Below, in pieces: positions 38,400-47,540 of a stretch of 64,000 bases of DNA. The position numbers were made by a program, and so were the translations under genes. The notes below the pieces were generated by a model, which saw only the letters and a list, made by a program, of their open reading frames with translations, was not told the origin of the DNA and did no database searches. Source of the stretch: Candidatus Heimdallarchaeota archaeon. GTDB taxonomy: Archaea; Asgardarchaeota; Heimdallarchaeia; JABLTI01. The stretch is from assembly GCA_018238155.1 (NCBI GenBank), contig JABCTZ010000003.1:128001-192000 (forward strand), read 5' to 3'. Each line of letters starts with the position of its first letter. The first letter of the stretch is position 1.

Positions 38400-39461
38400 T
38401 TATTTTTTCCCACCAAAGAATGCATCTAATGTAGGTTGTTTTTTCTGCTCATCAAGAATTTTAAACGTCTTTTCTAGAGCATTTCTCACTCGAGTTTCAG
38501 AAAAACCTCGCTCACCTGAAAGGAAATCAACAATTTTCTCTACATTTGGTGATTCCCACTTCAAAGAATAATCCGTAATAGTTGGAGGGTCAAGAAATAT
38601 GCTTCTAATTCTTTCAATGTCAAAATCGATATTGGCATCAGCCATTTTGGGTAGATCCAGAACACGCTCAATTTTCTTATGTTCTTTGATAAGCTTAACT
38701 GCTGTTTTTGGTCCAATACCTGAAACTCCAATGCCATCTGGATTGAAATCCGTTCCAAGCAAAATTGCAATATCAATTAATTCCTCTCGAGTTAGCTCTA
38801 TTGCTTTCAAAGAAGCGTCAAGGTCGATTAATTCAGGTTTAACTTCAACATAGATATTTTTTCTTGGAAGTTTTCTCTTACCAGAAATAGTAAGATTCCT
38901 TACTAAGCGTGGTGTGCCAAAAAGAAGACTATCATAATCTTGAGAGCAACTAGCCCAAACATCTCCTCTTTTAGCCATCATTGCTGCTTGACCTTCTCCT
39001 TCTGATAGTGCTTGAATAACAGGAATTCCCATCAACTCGAGCAATCTTTTTGCATCACTTATCATTGGAGATGTTAAACGGGCAGTTCTTTGGGCATAAC
39101 GCTGAGCTAATTCCATATCACCTTTTTCAAGCGCTTCCTGATAGGCAACATCTGCTTCCTTCTTTACTTTTTTGCGTTTCATAATCTCTTTTGTTTTCTC
39201 TTCTGGAGGTTTTCCATCAAAAATAAATACAACTTCAATTCCACTTTCAAGAGAACGTGTGACCCTATAGAGAAGCCCTGATAAATGACTTGTAACATTC
39301 CCATGTGCATCCGTCAATAGACTTCCATCAGATTGTCGGATTCGAGTCAAAAATTGATATAAAATATTATTCCCATCAAAAGCAATAGCTTTGTCATGGA
39401 AGAAATCAAAATTTACTTCTTCACGATCTGGAAATAAGTCACCTAATTTTGTAACACCCAT
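38400..39461 (-). CDS. fen: Flap endonuclease 1
   Basis: YQFL..IR..DG, TSHLSGL, FDGKPP, EGEGQ, SQDYDSLLFG, GTDFN, PIP box QPTLDAFF. Confidence 0.98.
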   Translation of the reverse strand: MGVTKLGDLFPDREEVNFDFFHDKAIAFDGNNILYQFLTRIRQSDGSLLTDAHGNVTSHLSGLLYRVTRSLESGIEVVFIFDGKPPEEKTKEIMKRKKVKKEADVAYQEALEKGDMELAQRYAQRTARLTSPMISDAKRLLELMGIPVIQALSEGEGQAAMMAKRGDVWASCSQDYDSLLFGTPRLVRNLTISGKRKLPRKNIYVEVKPELIDLDASLKAIELTREELIDIAILLGTDFNPDGIGVSGIGPKTAVKLIKEHKKIERVLDLPKMADANIDFDIERIRSIFLDPPTITDYSLKWESPNVEKIVDFLSGERGFSETRVRNALEKTFKILDEQKKQPTLDAFFGGKK

Positions 39462-39574
39462 GATTATATCCTCAAAATAACACTCATTAAAATACTTATT
39501 ATACTACTAATTCTATAGGAGTTCTGAATCAGAAAGTCATATATAAGCATTATTTATTATCGAGTTGACAAAGA

Positions 39575-39910
39575 ATGCCTGAAAACCGAATTACCAATTA
39601 TAACAAGCTCGTACGAGACAAGATTCCCGCAATTATAAACAACGATGGAAAAACCTTTGAGTTACAGTTTGTTAATACTGATGATGCTTTTCTTTCTTTA
39701 CTTGGTGAAAAATTAGTCGAAGAATCTCAGGAATTTGTCGAAAGTAAAGATCTCACTGAATTAGCTGATATCTTAGAAGTGATGTTAACTATTCTCCATC
39801 TAAAAAAAATCTCTTTCTCTAAATTGGAGAAAATTCGCCTAGATAAACGAGAAAATCATGGTGGATTTGATAAAAGAATTGTTTTACTTTCTACAACTGA
39901 ATCCATTTAA
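39575..39910 (+). CDS. All-alpha NTP pyrophosphohydrolase (MazG-like)
   Basis: YNKLVRDKIP, KL.EE..EF, ELADILEV, KR...GGF. Confidence 0.9.
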   Translation: MPENRITNYNKLVRDKIPAIINNDGKTFELQFVNTDDAFLSLLGEKLVEESQEFVESKDLTELADILEVMLTILHLKKISFSKLEKIRLDKRENHGGFDKRIVLLSTTESI

Positions 39911-40041
39911 TGATCAAATAAAAGGAATACTTTTGGTTAACTCTCCTTAGAGAGTCCTCTTTTTACAGCTATGCTTCTTGAACTAAGAATCTAATTTCAC
40001 TTGAATGAACTGAGAGAAATTAAATGCTGCCGGATTATACT

Positions 40042-40401
40042 TTACAGTATTTTTCCTTCAATTGCATTTGATGTTTCTTTTAGATCAAGGAGGAATTTCT
40101 TCAAATGGTTATCAACCTTTGTGCGAAATTCAGACCAACTCTCATCCTCATTTCGATGAAGATCTTCCCAAGTGAATGCATAATGATTCACATGTGGTCT
40201 TTGACTATGAGCGACTTGATATATTCTTACATTGACAGCCTTCAATTGTCTTGGATCATTCGTAAAACAATCCGCGAAAAATTCAACTGTAAAGGTGATA
40301 AATTGACTCGTCTTGATCTCTCTGTAGAATTCTTCTCTACCGTCATTTATTTTCTTTATATTTGTATTGAATTTCAATGGCATTTCAACTATAGTTGTCA
40401 T
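40042..40401 (-). CDS. Hypothetical protein
   Basis: AGGTGA SD before ATG; preceded by a GC-rich structured leader. Confidence 0.65.
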   Translation of the reverse strand: MTTIVEMPLKFNTNIKKINDGREEFYREIKTSQFITFTVEFFADCFTNDPRQLKAVNVRIYQVAHSQRPHVNHYAFTWEDLHRNEDESWSEFRTKVDNHLKKFLLDLKETSNAIEGKIL

Positions 40402-40421
40402 ACCTTTTCACCTGCTACCAT

Positions 40422-40503
40422 GTCTCATTATAGACTACACCCACTCCCCTTCATTTCCACTGGAACTCCGAGGGGCTAACTATCGCTTGGGTTACCTAAG
40501 ACT
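40422..40503 (-). ncRNA. Candidate structured 5' leader RNA
   Basis: GC-rich island with nested stems ACCCA/TGGGT, CCCCT/AGGGG, TTCC/GGAA and a GTCT/AGAC hairpin. Confidence 0.35.
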
Positions 40504-40661
40504 ATATATGGACAATATACTATTATCGATACTCATCTATAAGTATTTTGGTTTATCTATACAACTAATGTACTATCTATATATTACACTGATAATATAT
40601 ACTTTTAAATAGAAACTTGTTCTTTATAGTAACTACAAGAATAAATCTGTCTGTGAAAAAA

Positions 40662-40970
40662 ATGATTACAATTCAAGAAACCCAAAATAAATTGGTAGAT
40701 TTAATTAATTCTAGATTATCAGTAAGACAAATAGCAACACCAGGAGTACAAGGTCCAATGCGAATGCTAGGAGAAAAAATGCTTAATATGTTCGCCGGAC
40801 AAATGATCTCTGATTCAATGATGGCTGAACAAAAAGAAGACATTAAGGATGAATTACTAGAAAATGTAATGAGTTCTCTCGCCCTCGCAGGATTGCTCGG
40901 AATTGATCTTCAACAAGAATTGTCAGATGCAATATCCTTACTCGAACAAGTCACCGCTGAAGGTTCATGA
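40662..40970 (+). CDS. Small helical protein, degenerate MazG-like
   Basis: EDIKDEL...M...LALAGLLGIDL..EL resembles the MazG C-terminal half; no EExxE motif. Confidence 0.55.
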   Translation: MITIQETQNKLVDLINSRLSVRQIATPGVQGPMRMLGEKMLNMFAGQMISDSMMAEQKEDIKDELLENVMSSLALAGLLGIDLQQELSDAISLLEQVTAEGS

Positions 40971-41181
40971 ACTCTTAATCATTTTTCATGATTATAAGAG
41001 TTCTAATATTTCATTATTCCCGAAAAACAGAGGCTATGTTTTAATCATTTCGTAAATGTTTTTTGTGCTTTAACTCTATTTTTGGCTCGAATTTTGCAAG
41101 GAAAAAACTTTTAGAAAGAAGCTTACTTTTAAAGTAATGTACCTATTATGAGTTAATAGCTTACTTTATGAGGTTAATTTA

Positions 41182-42678
41182 ATGGCTGATAACATCACAG
41201 TACCGATTAGGATGCTCGTTTTTTCATCTCCTGATTGTTATGCTTGTCCAGAAGTAGAACGGATTGTCCACAAACTTGTAGGTTCAAGTATGGCTGATAT
41301 TTGTCATGTTAGTACAATAGATGTTGTTCGTGAGCCAAAAACTGCAGAAAGGTACAACGTCAGAATGCTCCCTACAATAATGATTGACGATGAAATAGTT
41401 TTACAAGGTTTAGTAGGCGAAAGTGATATTAGAGATGTTTTGTGGGAGCGAGTTATCAGCTCGATTATTAAACGAGAGAAAACTTTTGATGTTCGAAAAG
41501 AATCTTTGTTATATATTAGTAAAAACAGTTTTGATTCAATAATGAATGAGGAATTCATTCGTCCCTACATTGGTGATTATATCCATGTTGGTGTAATGCA
41601 ACAAATGATCGTTTCATTGGTTGCTCTTGATAAATTGGTTCCAAATTTACTCTACCAATCGGGACGAGAAGTTGGTCTGTATGGCGTTGGAACTTATCTT
41701 ATGATTACTCTTAATCCAAATATTGGCACTGAGTTTCGAGCTAAAGAGCGATTTGAAGAAGTCTTAGATGGTCTAGTAAAATATTTCTCTGATAATGAAT
41801 CAATAAATATTCCAATGAAATTAGCAGAATCTGCTGAGGTTGTTAACATTGATTCTGATTCAGCTACGATGAGAATTATGGGGTTGGCTAGTGCCTCGGG
41901 TTCTCCTTTTGTCGGTGAACCTTTATGTCACTTTTCTGCGGGTGAAATAGCTGGCCTAACTGAGGTCTTAACAGGTCGGAATTGTGTTGTTCATGAGGTA
42001 AAGTGTGTTGGTACAGGTCATGAATATTGTGAGTTTGAAATCACTGTTTCAGATGAACCGATAAGCAGAAATCTGTCGGATAATCAAGAAGAAGAATATA
42101 TAGTTGAAGATCGCAGTCAACATTTCCAAGGTATCTTGCATGATATTTCAACTCGTTTACATGAGTCATTTATTAGCCCAAAAGATGTTTTTAATAGAGG
42201 TAATATTGGTAATGAAGTTCATTTTACAAAACTTCAACAAGCAATTGTAACATTGAAATTAACTGATCCATATTGTGGAGCCCTACTTTACGCAGCAGGA
42301 AGAGAATTAGGTATTTTTGGTCCCGGTCGTGATATCCTACAAAGATATCTTGAGGACGAAAATTACACCTGGCCTCTGAATTTGCAACAAGCATTATATA
42401 TTTTGAATAAATTCTTTCATTTTGGAATGATACAAGCAGCAAAAGAAAGAGCTGACGTTAAAATTATTGAAGATGGCGATCAATTAAAAATTAGAATAGA
42501 TGAATGTGCAATATCCTCAGGAGCAACTGATTCTGGGGTTTCATTCTGTGATTTCATGGCAGGATATATTGCAGGACGAATAACTATCATAACAAATAGA
42601 GATTGTGTTGTTACTGAAACTCATTGTCATGGATTAGGCGATAAATACTGTGAATTTGGGATCTCGTTTGTAGATTGA
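41182..42678 (+). CDS. Thioredoxin-like domain fused to two V4R domains
   Basis: CYAC and Y.V...PT in the N-domain; two copies of C.F.AG.IAG...E..C...G..YCEF. Confidence 0.85.
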   Translation: MADNITVPIRMLVFSSPDCYACPEVERIVHKLVGSSMADICHVSTIDVVREPKTAERYNVRMLPTIMIDDEIVLQGLVGESDIRDVLWERVISSIIKREKTFDVRKESLLYISKNSFDSIMNEEFIRPYIGDYIHVGVMQQMIVSLVALDKLVPNLLYQSGREVGLYGVGTYLMITLNPNIGTEFRAKERFEEVLDGLVKYFSDNESINIPMKLAESAEVVNIDSDSATMRIMGLASASGSPFVGEPLCHFSAGEIAGLTEVLTGRNCVVHEVKCVGTGHEYCEFEITVSDEPISRNLSDNQEEEYIVEDRSQHFQGILHDISTRLHESFISPKDVFNRGNIGNEVHFTKLQQAIVTLKLTDPYCGALLYAAGRELGIFGPGRDILQRYLEDENYTWPLNLQQALYILNKFFHFGMIQAAKERADVKIIEDGDQLKIRIDECAISSGATDSGVSFCDFMAGYIAGRITIITNRDCVVTETHCHGLGDKYCEFGISFVD

Positions 42679-42685
42679 AAAACTA

Positions 42686-43183
42686 TTGGAGAAGTTTATT
42701 ATTAGCAAATCAAAATCGGAAAAAACAAAAGTGAAAGTTGGAGATTCCGCTCCTTTATTTTCTCTCGCCGATAGTTCTGGAAAGGAAGTCAAATTAAAAG
42801 ATTATCTTGGAAAGAAATCAATAGTACTTTATTTTTATCCCAAAGATTACACACGAGGATGCACTACTGAAGCTTGTTCTTTCCGTGACAGATATGAGTT
42901 ATTCTTAAAAGCTGGTGCAGAAGTAATTGGTATTAGTGGTGATAGCTCAGAATCACATGCGAATTTTGCTGTAACATATAAACTTCCATTTGTTTTGTTA
43001 AGTGATGTAAAAAACAAAGTAAGAAAACTCTATAATGTAGGCTCAACTTTTGGTATTATTCCTGGAAGAGTTACTTATATCCTTGATAAAAGAGGAATCA
43101 TTCAACATATTTTCTCTTCACAAATCAATCCCAAAAAGCATATTGATGAAGCATTGCGCATATTGGACGAAATGAAGGAATAG
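42686..43183 (+). CDS. bcp: Peroxiredoxin Bcp/PrxQ
   Basis: YFYPKD.T.GCTTEACSFRD. Confidence 0.95.
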   Translation: MEKFIISKSKSEKTKVKVGDSAPLFSLADSSGKEVKLKDYLGKKSIVLYFYPKDYTRGCTTEACSFRDRYELFLKAGAEVIGISGDSSESHANFAVTYKLPFVLLSDVKNKVRKLYNVGSTFGIIPGRVTYILDKRGIIQHIFSSQINPKKHIDEALRILDEMKE

Positions 43184-43308
43184 ATTTTATGGTCAAAGGT
43201 TCAGAAATTTAAACTATACCTATGTCAACAATTAAAACTGAAAAACAACATTTAAATTATATAATATCTCTTCTAGAAGAAATAATAATCGAAGGATGTC
43301 CAAGTACA

Positions 43309-43941
43309 ATGTTTGCAAAAAGATCTGAAGCTCTACTATTAATTTCAGCAACACTTGCGATTATTCCTATGTTCTTTATTCCGAAATCCTTGTTTGTATT
43401 AATTCCATTTGTGTTTTTCGTAATTGTGACTGGCTTTCTAATGTATTTTTTCCGCGATCCAGAGAGAATATCTCCAGAAGAGGAAGGAATAATTGTTTCT
43501 CCCGCTGAAGGAAAAATACGCGAAATAGTTAAAGAAGACGATGGGTCAACACGAATTCAAATTGAATTATCTGTGTTTAATGTTCATGTGAATCGTGCTC
43601 CAATTGATTGCAAAATTACTGCTATTACAAGAGAAAAAGGAGCTCATTGGCCTGTATGGTTTAAAGGAAATTTTGCAACTCAAAATGCACGACAGCACTT
43701 CGATCTTGAGACAAATGAAGGGTTCTCTTTTAGAATAACACAAATTTCAGGTATTTTTGCTTGGAGATGTGTAAGTTATGTTGATGCTGGTGAGACGGTA
43801 AAGCAAAATGATAAAATTGGCATTATTCGTTTTGGTTCTGCTGCAAATGTTATTTTGCCAAAAGATTGTGGATATGAATCTTCAGTGGAAATAGGAGATA
43901 CCATTAGAGCTGGTGAAACTATTATCGCCCGAAGAAAGTGA
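43309..43941 (+). CDS. psd: Phosphatidylserine/archaetidylserine decarboxylase
   Basis: FFRDPER, SPAEG, HVNRAP, IRFGS self-cleavage site; ATG 43309 preferred as start. Confidence 0.92.
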   Translation: MFAKRSEALLLISATLAIIPMFFIPKSLFVLIPFVFFVIVTGFLMYFFRDPERISPEEEGIIVSPAEGKIREIVKEDDGSTRIQIELSVFNVHVNRAPIDCKITAITREKGAHWPVWFKGNFATQNARQHFDLETNEGFSFRITQISGIFAWRCVSYVDAGETVKQNDKIGIIRFGSAANVILPKDCGYESSVEIGDTIRAGETIIARRK

Positions 43942-43947
43942 TTTAAT

Positions 43948-44826
43948 ATGGATGCTTCTGAAAACTCCAAGAATTCAGATGAAACTGAAATCAGTGAGGA
44001 TGTTCAGGACAGCAAATTAAAAATTCCCGAATTTTCAAAACCTGTTCGGATGTTTTTTGCATTCTTAGCAAATCTAATTACAACACTTAATTTCGCTAGT
44101 GGAGTGATAGCAATAATTTTGGTAGTAATAGACCCTAGAAATCCTGTATATGTTCTCTGGGCTTCAAAATTAATTCTATTAGCGATTATTTTTGATTTCT
44201 CAGATGGGATACCTGCAAGATTAGCAAAGAAAGAACCGGGATTTTTTGGTATAGTAGTAGATTCCGTAGCCGATACAGTTTCGTTTGGTTTAGCTCCTGC
44301 AGTAATGTTATCATTGAGTTTACCACTTATAGGATCTGAAAGTACTGCTCATTTTGTCTTAGCAATCTTATCTGTTGTGGTAGGTGTTTATTTCGGTTTT
44401 TGCACAATATTCAGACTAGTTCGTTTTACGAAATCACCCAGCAAGAAATGGTTTAAAGGAATTCCTGCACCTGGTGCGGGATGTATTGCTGCCAGTTATT
44501 TTATCATCAAACTATATATTGAGGAAATGATTCCTTCTACATCGATAGTGGTTCCAATTGTAGGTCTTTTATTAATGATTTTTACTAGTTCTATGATGAT
44601 AGTGAATTTCAAATACCCTACAACAAAATTGCGAAAAAACTTTTTAGAAATTTTTCTACTAGGATTAACAGCTATAACGATTGTCGCAATGGCAATATTA
44701 CCTTTGAATTACATAATCTATCCAGCAGGATTGTTGGCTGCTTTAACTTCATTATATGTTTTCTATGGACCATTCTATTTGCTGGGTCATATGTTAGATC
44801 GAGCAAAAGAAGTAGACAATAAATAG
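43948..44826 (+). CDS. pssA: CDP-alcohol phosphatidyltransferase (archaetidylserine synthase type)
   Basis: D..DG..AR......FG...DS.AD.VSFG.APA, RL.RF, F.G.PAP; adjacent to psd. Confidence 0.9.
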   Translation: MDASENSKNSDETEISEDVQDSKLKIPEFSKPVRMFFAFLANLITTLNFASGVIAIILVVIDPRNPVYVLWASKLILLAIIFDFSDGIPARLAKKEPGFFGIVVDSVADTVSFGLAPAVMLSLSLPLIGSESTAHFVLAILSVVVGVYFGFCTIFRLVRFTKSPSKKWFKGIPAPGAGCIAASYFIIKLYIEEMIPSTSIVVPIVGLLLMIFTSSMMIVNFKYPTTKLRKNFLEIFLLGLTAITIVAMAILPLNYIIYPAGLLAALTSLYVFYGPFYLLGHMLDRAKEVDNK

Positions 44827-44939
44827 AATCTGTTTTTCTCTTCTTTTTCAAGAAAAAATTATCTTTGCACAATAACAAAACTTTACAAATGAGTGTGTTT
44901 AAGTTTATAAAAGAAAAACAATGTTCAGAGGAAAAAAGA

Positions 44940-45713
44940 ATGGATTTTCAACGTATACCTACAAGTTCACCATTAGATGATTTAAGAAAAATAAAGCTTC
45001 TCGCAACTGGCATTCCCGGATTTGATGTTAGCATAGGTGGAGGTGTTCCTGATGGGTCCCTAATTCTATTGTTAGGTGAACCTGGTTCGGGTTTTGATAT
45101 TTTTGCATTACAAATGCTTCATGAACAAGCTAAACTAGGCAAGAAAATCTATTATGTTTCTGTAGATAAACCTCCTTCAGAGGTTGAATTAGAGATGCTA
45201 ACTTTTGGCTGGAATATTGATACTTACAAATCAATTGGTTCTTGGTCTTACATCGATGCATATGGAGCTAAATATGCCACTCCAGGTGAGGATTCTTCTC
45301 CAGTAATTTCTTGGGACAAAGGACTGTTAAATCTTTTGAGAACTAAATTCGTTAGTTTAGTAAGTAAATCAACTCAATCATTTACTATTATTGATACTCT
45401 CTCACATTTACTACTTGATTATGATGAAGAACAAGTAAGAGATTTAATTGAAAACTTCATCAATAATGTTGTTCGAAAAGTAGGTGGAGTGCACTTGTTG
45501 TTGATGGTAAAAGGAATGCATGATTTGAAAACTGAAACGTTATTTTCGCATTTAGCTGATGGAGTAATTGATTTCTATTTACGGGAAAGATCAGAACAGC
45601 TTCAACGAACATTTCGAGTAAGAAAAATGCGAAAAGCAATTTATGATACAAGATTATATCCAATTAATCTCGAAGAAGACGGCTTGCAGATTGAAACAGC
45701 TAGAAGAATATAA
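44940..45713 (+). CDS. KaiC-like/RAD55-family ATPase with degenerate Walker A
   Basis: TGIPGFD..IGGGVP.G, GEPGSGFD (no Lys), IIDTLS, ADGVI, VRKMR. Confidence 0.85.
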   Translation: MDFQRIPTSSPLDDLRKIKLLATGIPGFDVSIGGGVPDGSLILLLGEPGSGFDIFALQMLHEQAKLGKKIYYVSVDKPPSEVELEMLTFGWNIDTYKSIGSWSYIDAYGAKYATPGEDSSPVISWDKGLLNLLRTKFVSLVSKSTQSFTIIDTLSHLLLDYDEEQVRDLIENFINNVVRKVGGVHLLLMVKGMHDLKTETLFSHLADGVIDFYLRERSEQLQRTFRVRKMRKAIYDTRLYPINLEEDGLQIETARRI

Positions 45714-45838
45714 TTTCACTTTTCTAGCTCAACTCGTTTTTACTATTTTTATTTTTGATAAAGGTAATAGTGAAGCTTTTATTCTTGAAATACGACAAAG
45801 GATTAGAGAAAAATTGCTAGTTTATCTCTGTCTTTCAA

Positions 45839-47419
45839 GTGAGGATGTTACAAGTGGTTGATGAACAAGTTCTGTGGACAGAATCATTTCGCCCAACAAA
45901 TCTAGGACAAGTTATCGGTAATGAGGATGCTGTAATTGCACTCAAAGATTGGTTTGATTCATGGTCACCAACTGCGAAAAAGAAAGTTGCCATTTTACAT
46001 GGACCCGCCGGAACAGGAAAAACAAGTAGTGTTATAGCACTTGCAAATGAACGGCAATATGAATTAGTTGAAATGAATGCAAGTGATTCGAGAAATAAAG
46101 CTGCTATAATGAGGTTAGCGGGAAGTTCAGCAAGAGAAGGCACTATTGTAGGTGGTGCAAAAGGTAAAAGAATATTACTGATAGATGAAGTAGACGGAAT
46201 TGCTGGCAGGGAAGATCGCGGGGGTGTAAAATCATTAATTGATGTTATACGTGAAGCAGCAGTACCGATTATTTGTACTGCAAACGAAGCCTATTCTCCG
46301 AAATTAAAAGCTTTAAGGAAGATTGCAAAAGTAATAGCTTACAAACCTGTTCATCATGAATATATTTTCAAAATTTTAAAGAAAATCGCACGAGTAGAAA
46401 AAATAACCATTTCAGAAGATAACCTTCAATTTTTGGCAGAGAACGCAGGAGGAGATATGCGAAGTGCAATCAACGATTTTCAAGGAATGGTTCTTCAACT
46501 GAAAAGTGGCAAGGTAACCGATTTCGAGTTACTAAAACCTTATAGAGATCAAACAAAAAATTTGCAATCTGCGTTAACGGAATTATTTAATGCAAAAGAT
46601 TATTTGAAAGGAAAGAAAGCAATTGATGGCTTAAAAATAAAATACGACGAGTTGCTTCTATGGATTTTTGAGAATGCATATATTCATACAAGTGAAGAAA
46701 ATTTAGCTGAAGTATATGAAACGCTAGCTGATGCAGATCTGTATCTAGGAAGGATTATGCGTAGACAAAGCTGGGGCTTGTTGAAATATTTCTTTGATTT
46801 AGTTTCTGGTGGAGTAGCAGTAGCTGTTGATAAACCCAAAATGTCCACACAACATATTTTCCCGCAAAAAATAGGCATGTATGCTCAAACAATGTTTACT
46901 CGAGCAATTACTAAATCTATAGCATCGAACCTAGCGTCTAAAATACATGTTTCTCGAAGTGCTGCAAGAACTGGTTCAATGTACTTGGTTCAACAAGTTT
47001 TGAATGGCAATATTGGTGATGCAGCAAAAATGGTTGATTGGTTGGAATTAGATGACAATCAAGTAAAATCTATGCTGAAAAAACCCGAGTCACTTAGAAA
47101 AATACGAAAAGTTGTTAATGCTTTTGAAGATGACCGAATGAAAATTCAAACTATAATGGGTGATTTGAAACATTCGAGTTTCGATAGACAAGGTGATGAT
47201 TGGACTTCAATTCTAAAAGATTATGAAATAAAGAAAGAACAAAAATTAGAAGAGGAGAAGAGACGAAAAGAAGAAGAAAAGAAGAGAAAAGCTGCTAAAG
47301 CAAAAAAGAAAGCAGAAGCAAAAGCAAAGAAAGAACAAGATAAAACAAATCAAGTGAAAGAAGAGCCAAAAAAGAAGGAAAAGAAAAAACAAACTTCACT
47401 TGATCAATACTTTTCTTAA
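45839..47419 (+). CDS. rfcL: Replication factor C large subunit
   Basis: GPAGTGKTS, EMNASD.R, IDEVDG, GDMRSAIND, Lys-rich tail with PIP box QTSLDQYF. Confidence 0.95.
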   Translation: MRMLQVVDEQVLWTESFRPTNLGQVIGNEDAVIALKDWFDSWSPTAKKKVAILHGPAGTGKTSSVIALANERQYELVEMNASDSRNKAAIMRLAGSSAREGTIVGGAKGKRILLIDEVDGIAGREDRGGVKSLIDVIREAAVPIICTANEAYSPKLKALRKIAKVIAYKPVHHEYIFKILKKIARVEKITISEDNLQFLAENAGGDMRSAINDFQGMVLQLKSGKVTDFELLKPYRDQTKNLQSALTELFNAKDYLKGKKAIDGLKIKYDELLLWIFENAYIHTSEENLAEVYETLADADLYLGRIMRRQSWGLLKYFFDLVSGGVAVAVDKPKMSTQHIFPQKIGMYAQTMFTRAITKSIASNLASKIHVSRSAARTGSMYLVQQVLNGNIGDAAKMVDWLELDDNQVKSMLKKPESLRKIRKVVNAFEDDRMKIQTIMGDLKHSSFDRQGDDWTSILKDYEIKKEQKLEEEKRRKEEEKKRKAAKAKKKAEAKAKKEQDKTNQVKEEPKKKEKKKQTSLDQYFS

Positions 47420-47491
47420 AAAATGAGTTAAATATTTCAAGCATCAATTATCTTGTGAAATTAGAATTTATTAGATGAGCAAGAAATAGCA

Positions 47492-47507
47492 TTTAGCTAT
47501 TTTAAAA
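47492..47507 (+). promoter_or_regulatory. TTTAGCT-TATA promoter element (TTTAGCTATTTTAAAA)
   Basis: Exact consensus copy upstream of the XPD-like gene. Confidence 0.65.
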
Positions 47508-47540
47508 GAAAACCTGTACTAGCATCTATAGTAGATCTAA

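Noticed and set aside
40105-40612. Plus-strand ORFs 40105..40479 and 40367..40612
   Set aside because: They overlap the minus-strand gene that has a clear SD and leader, and show no recognisable protein features
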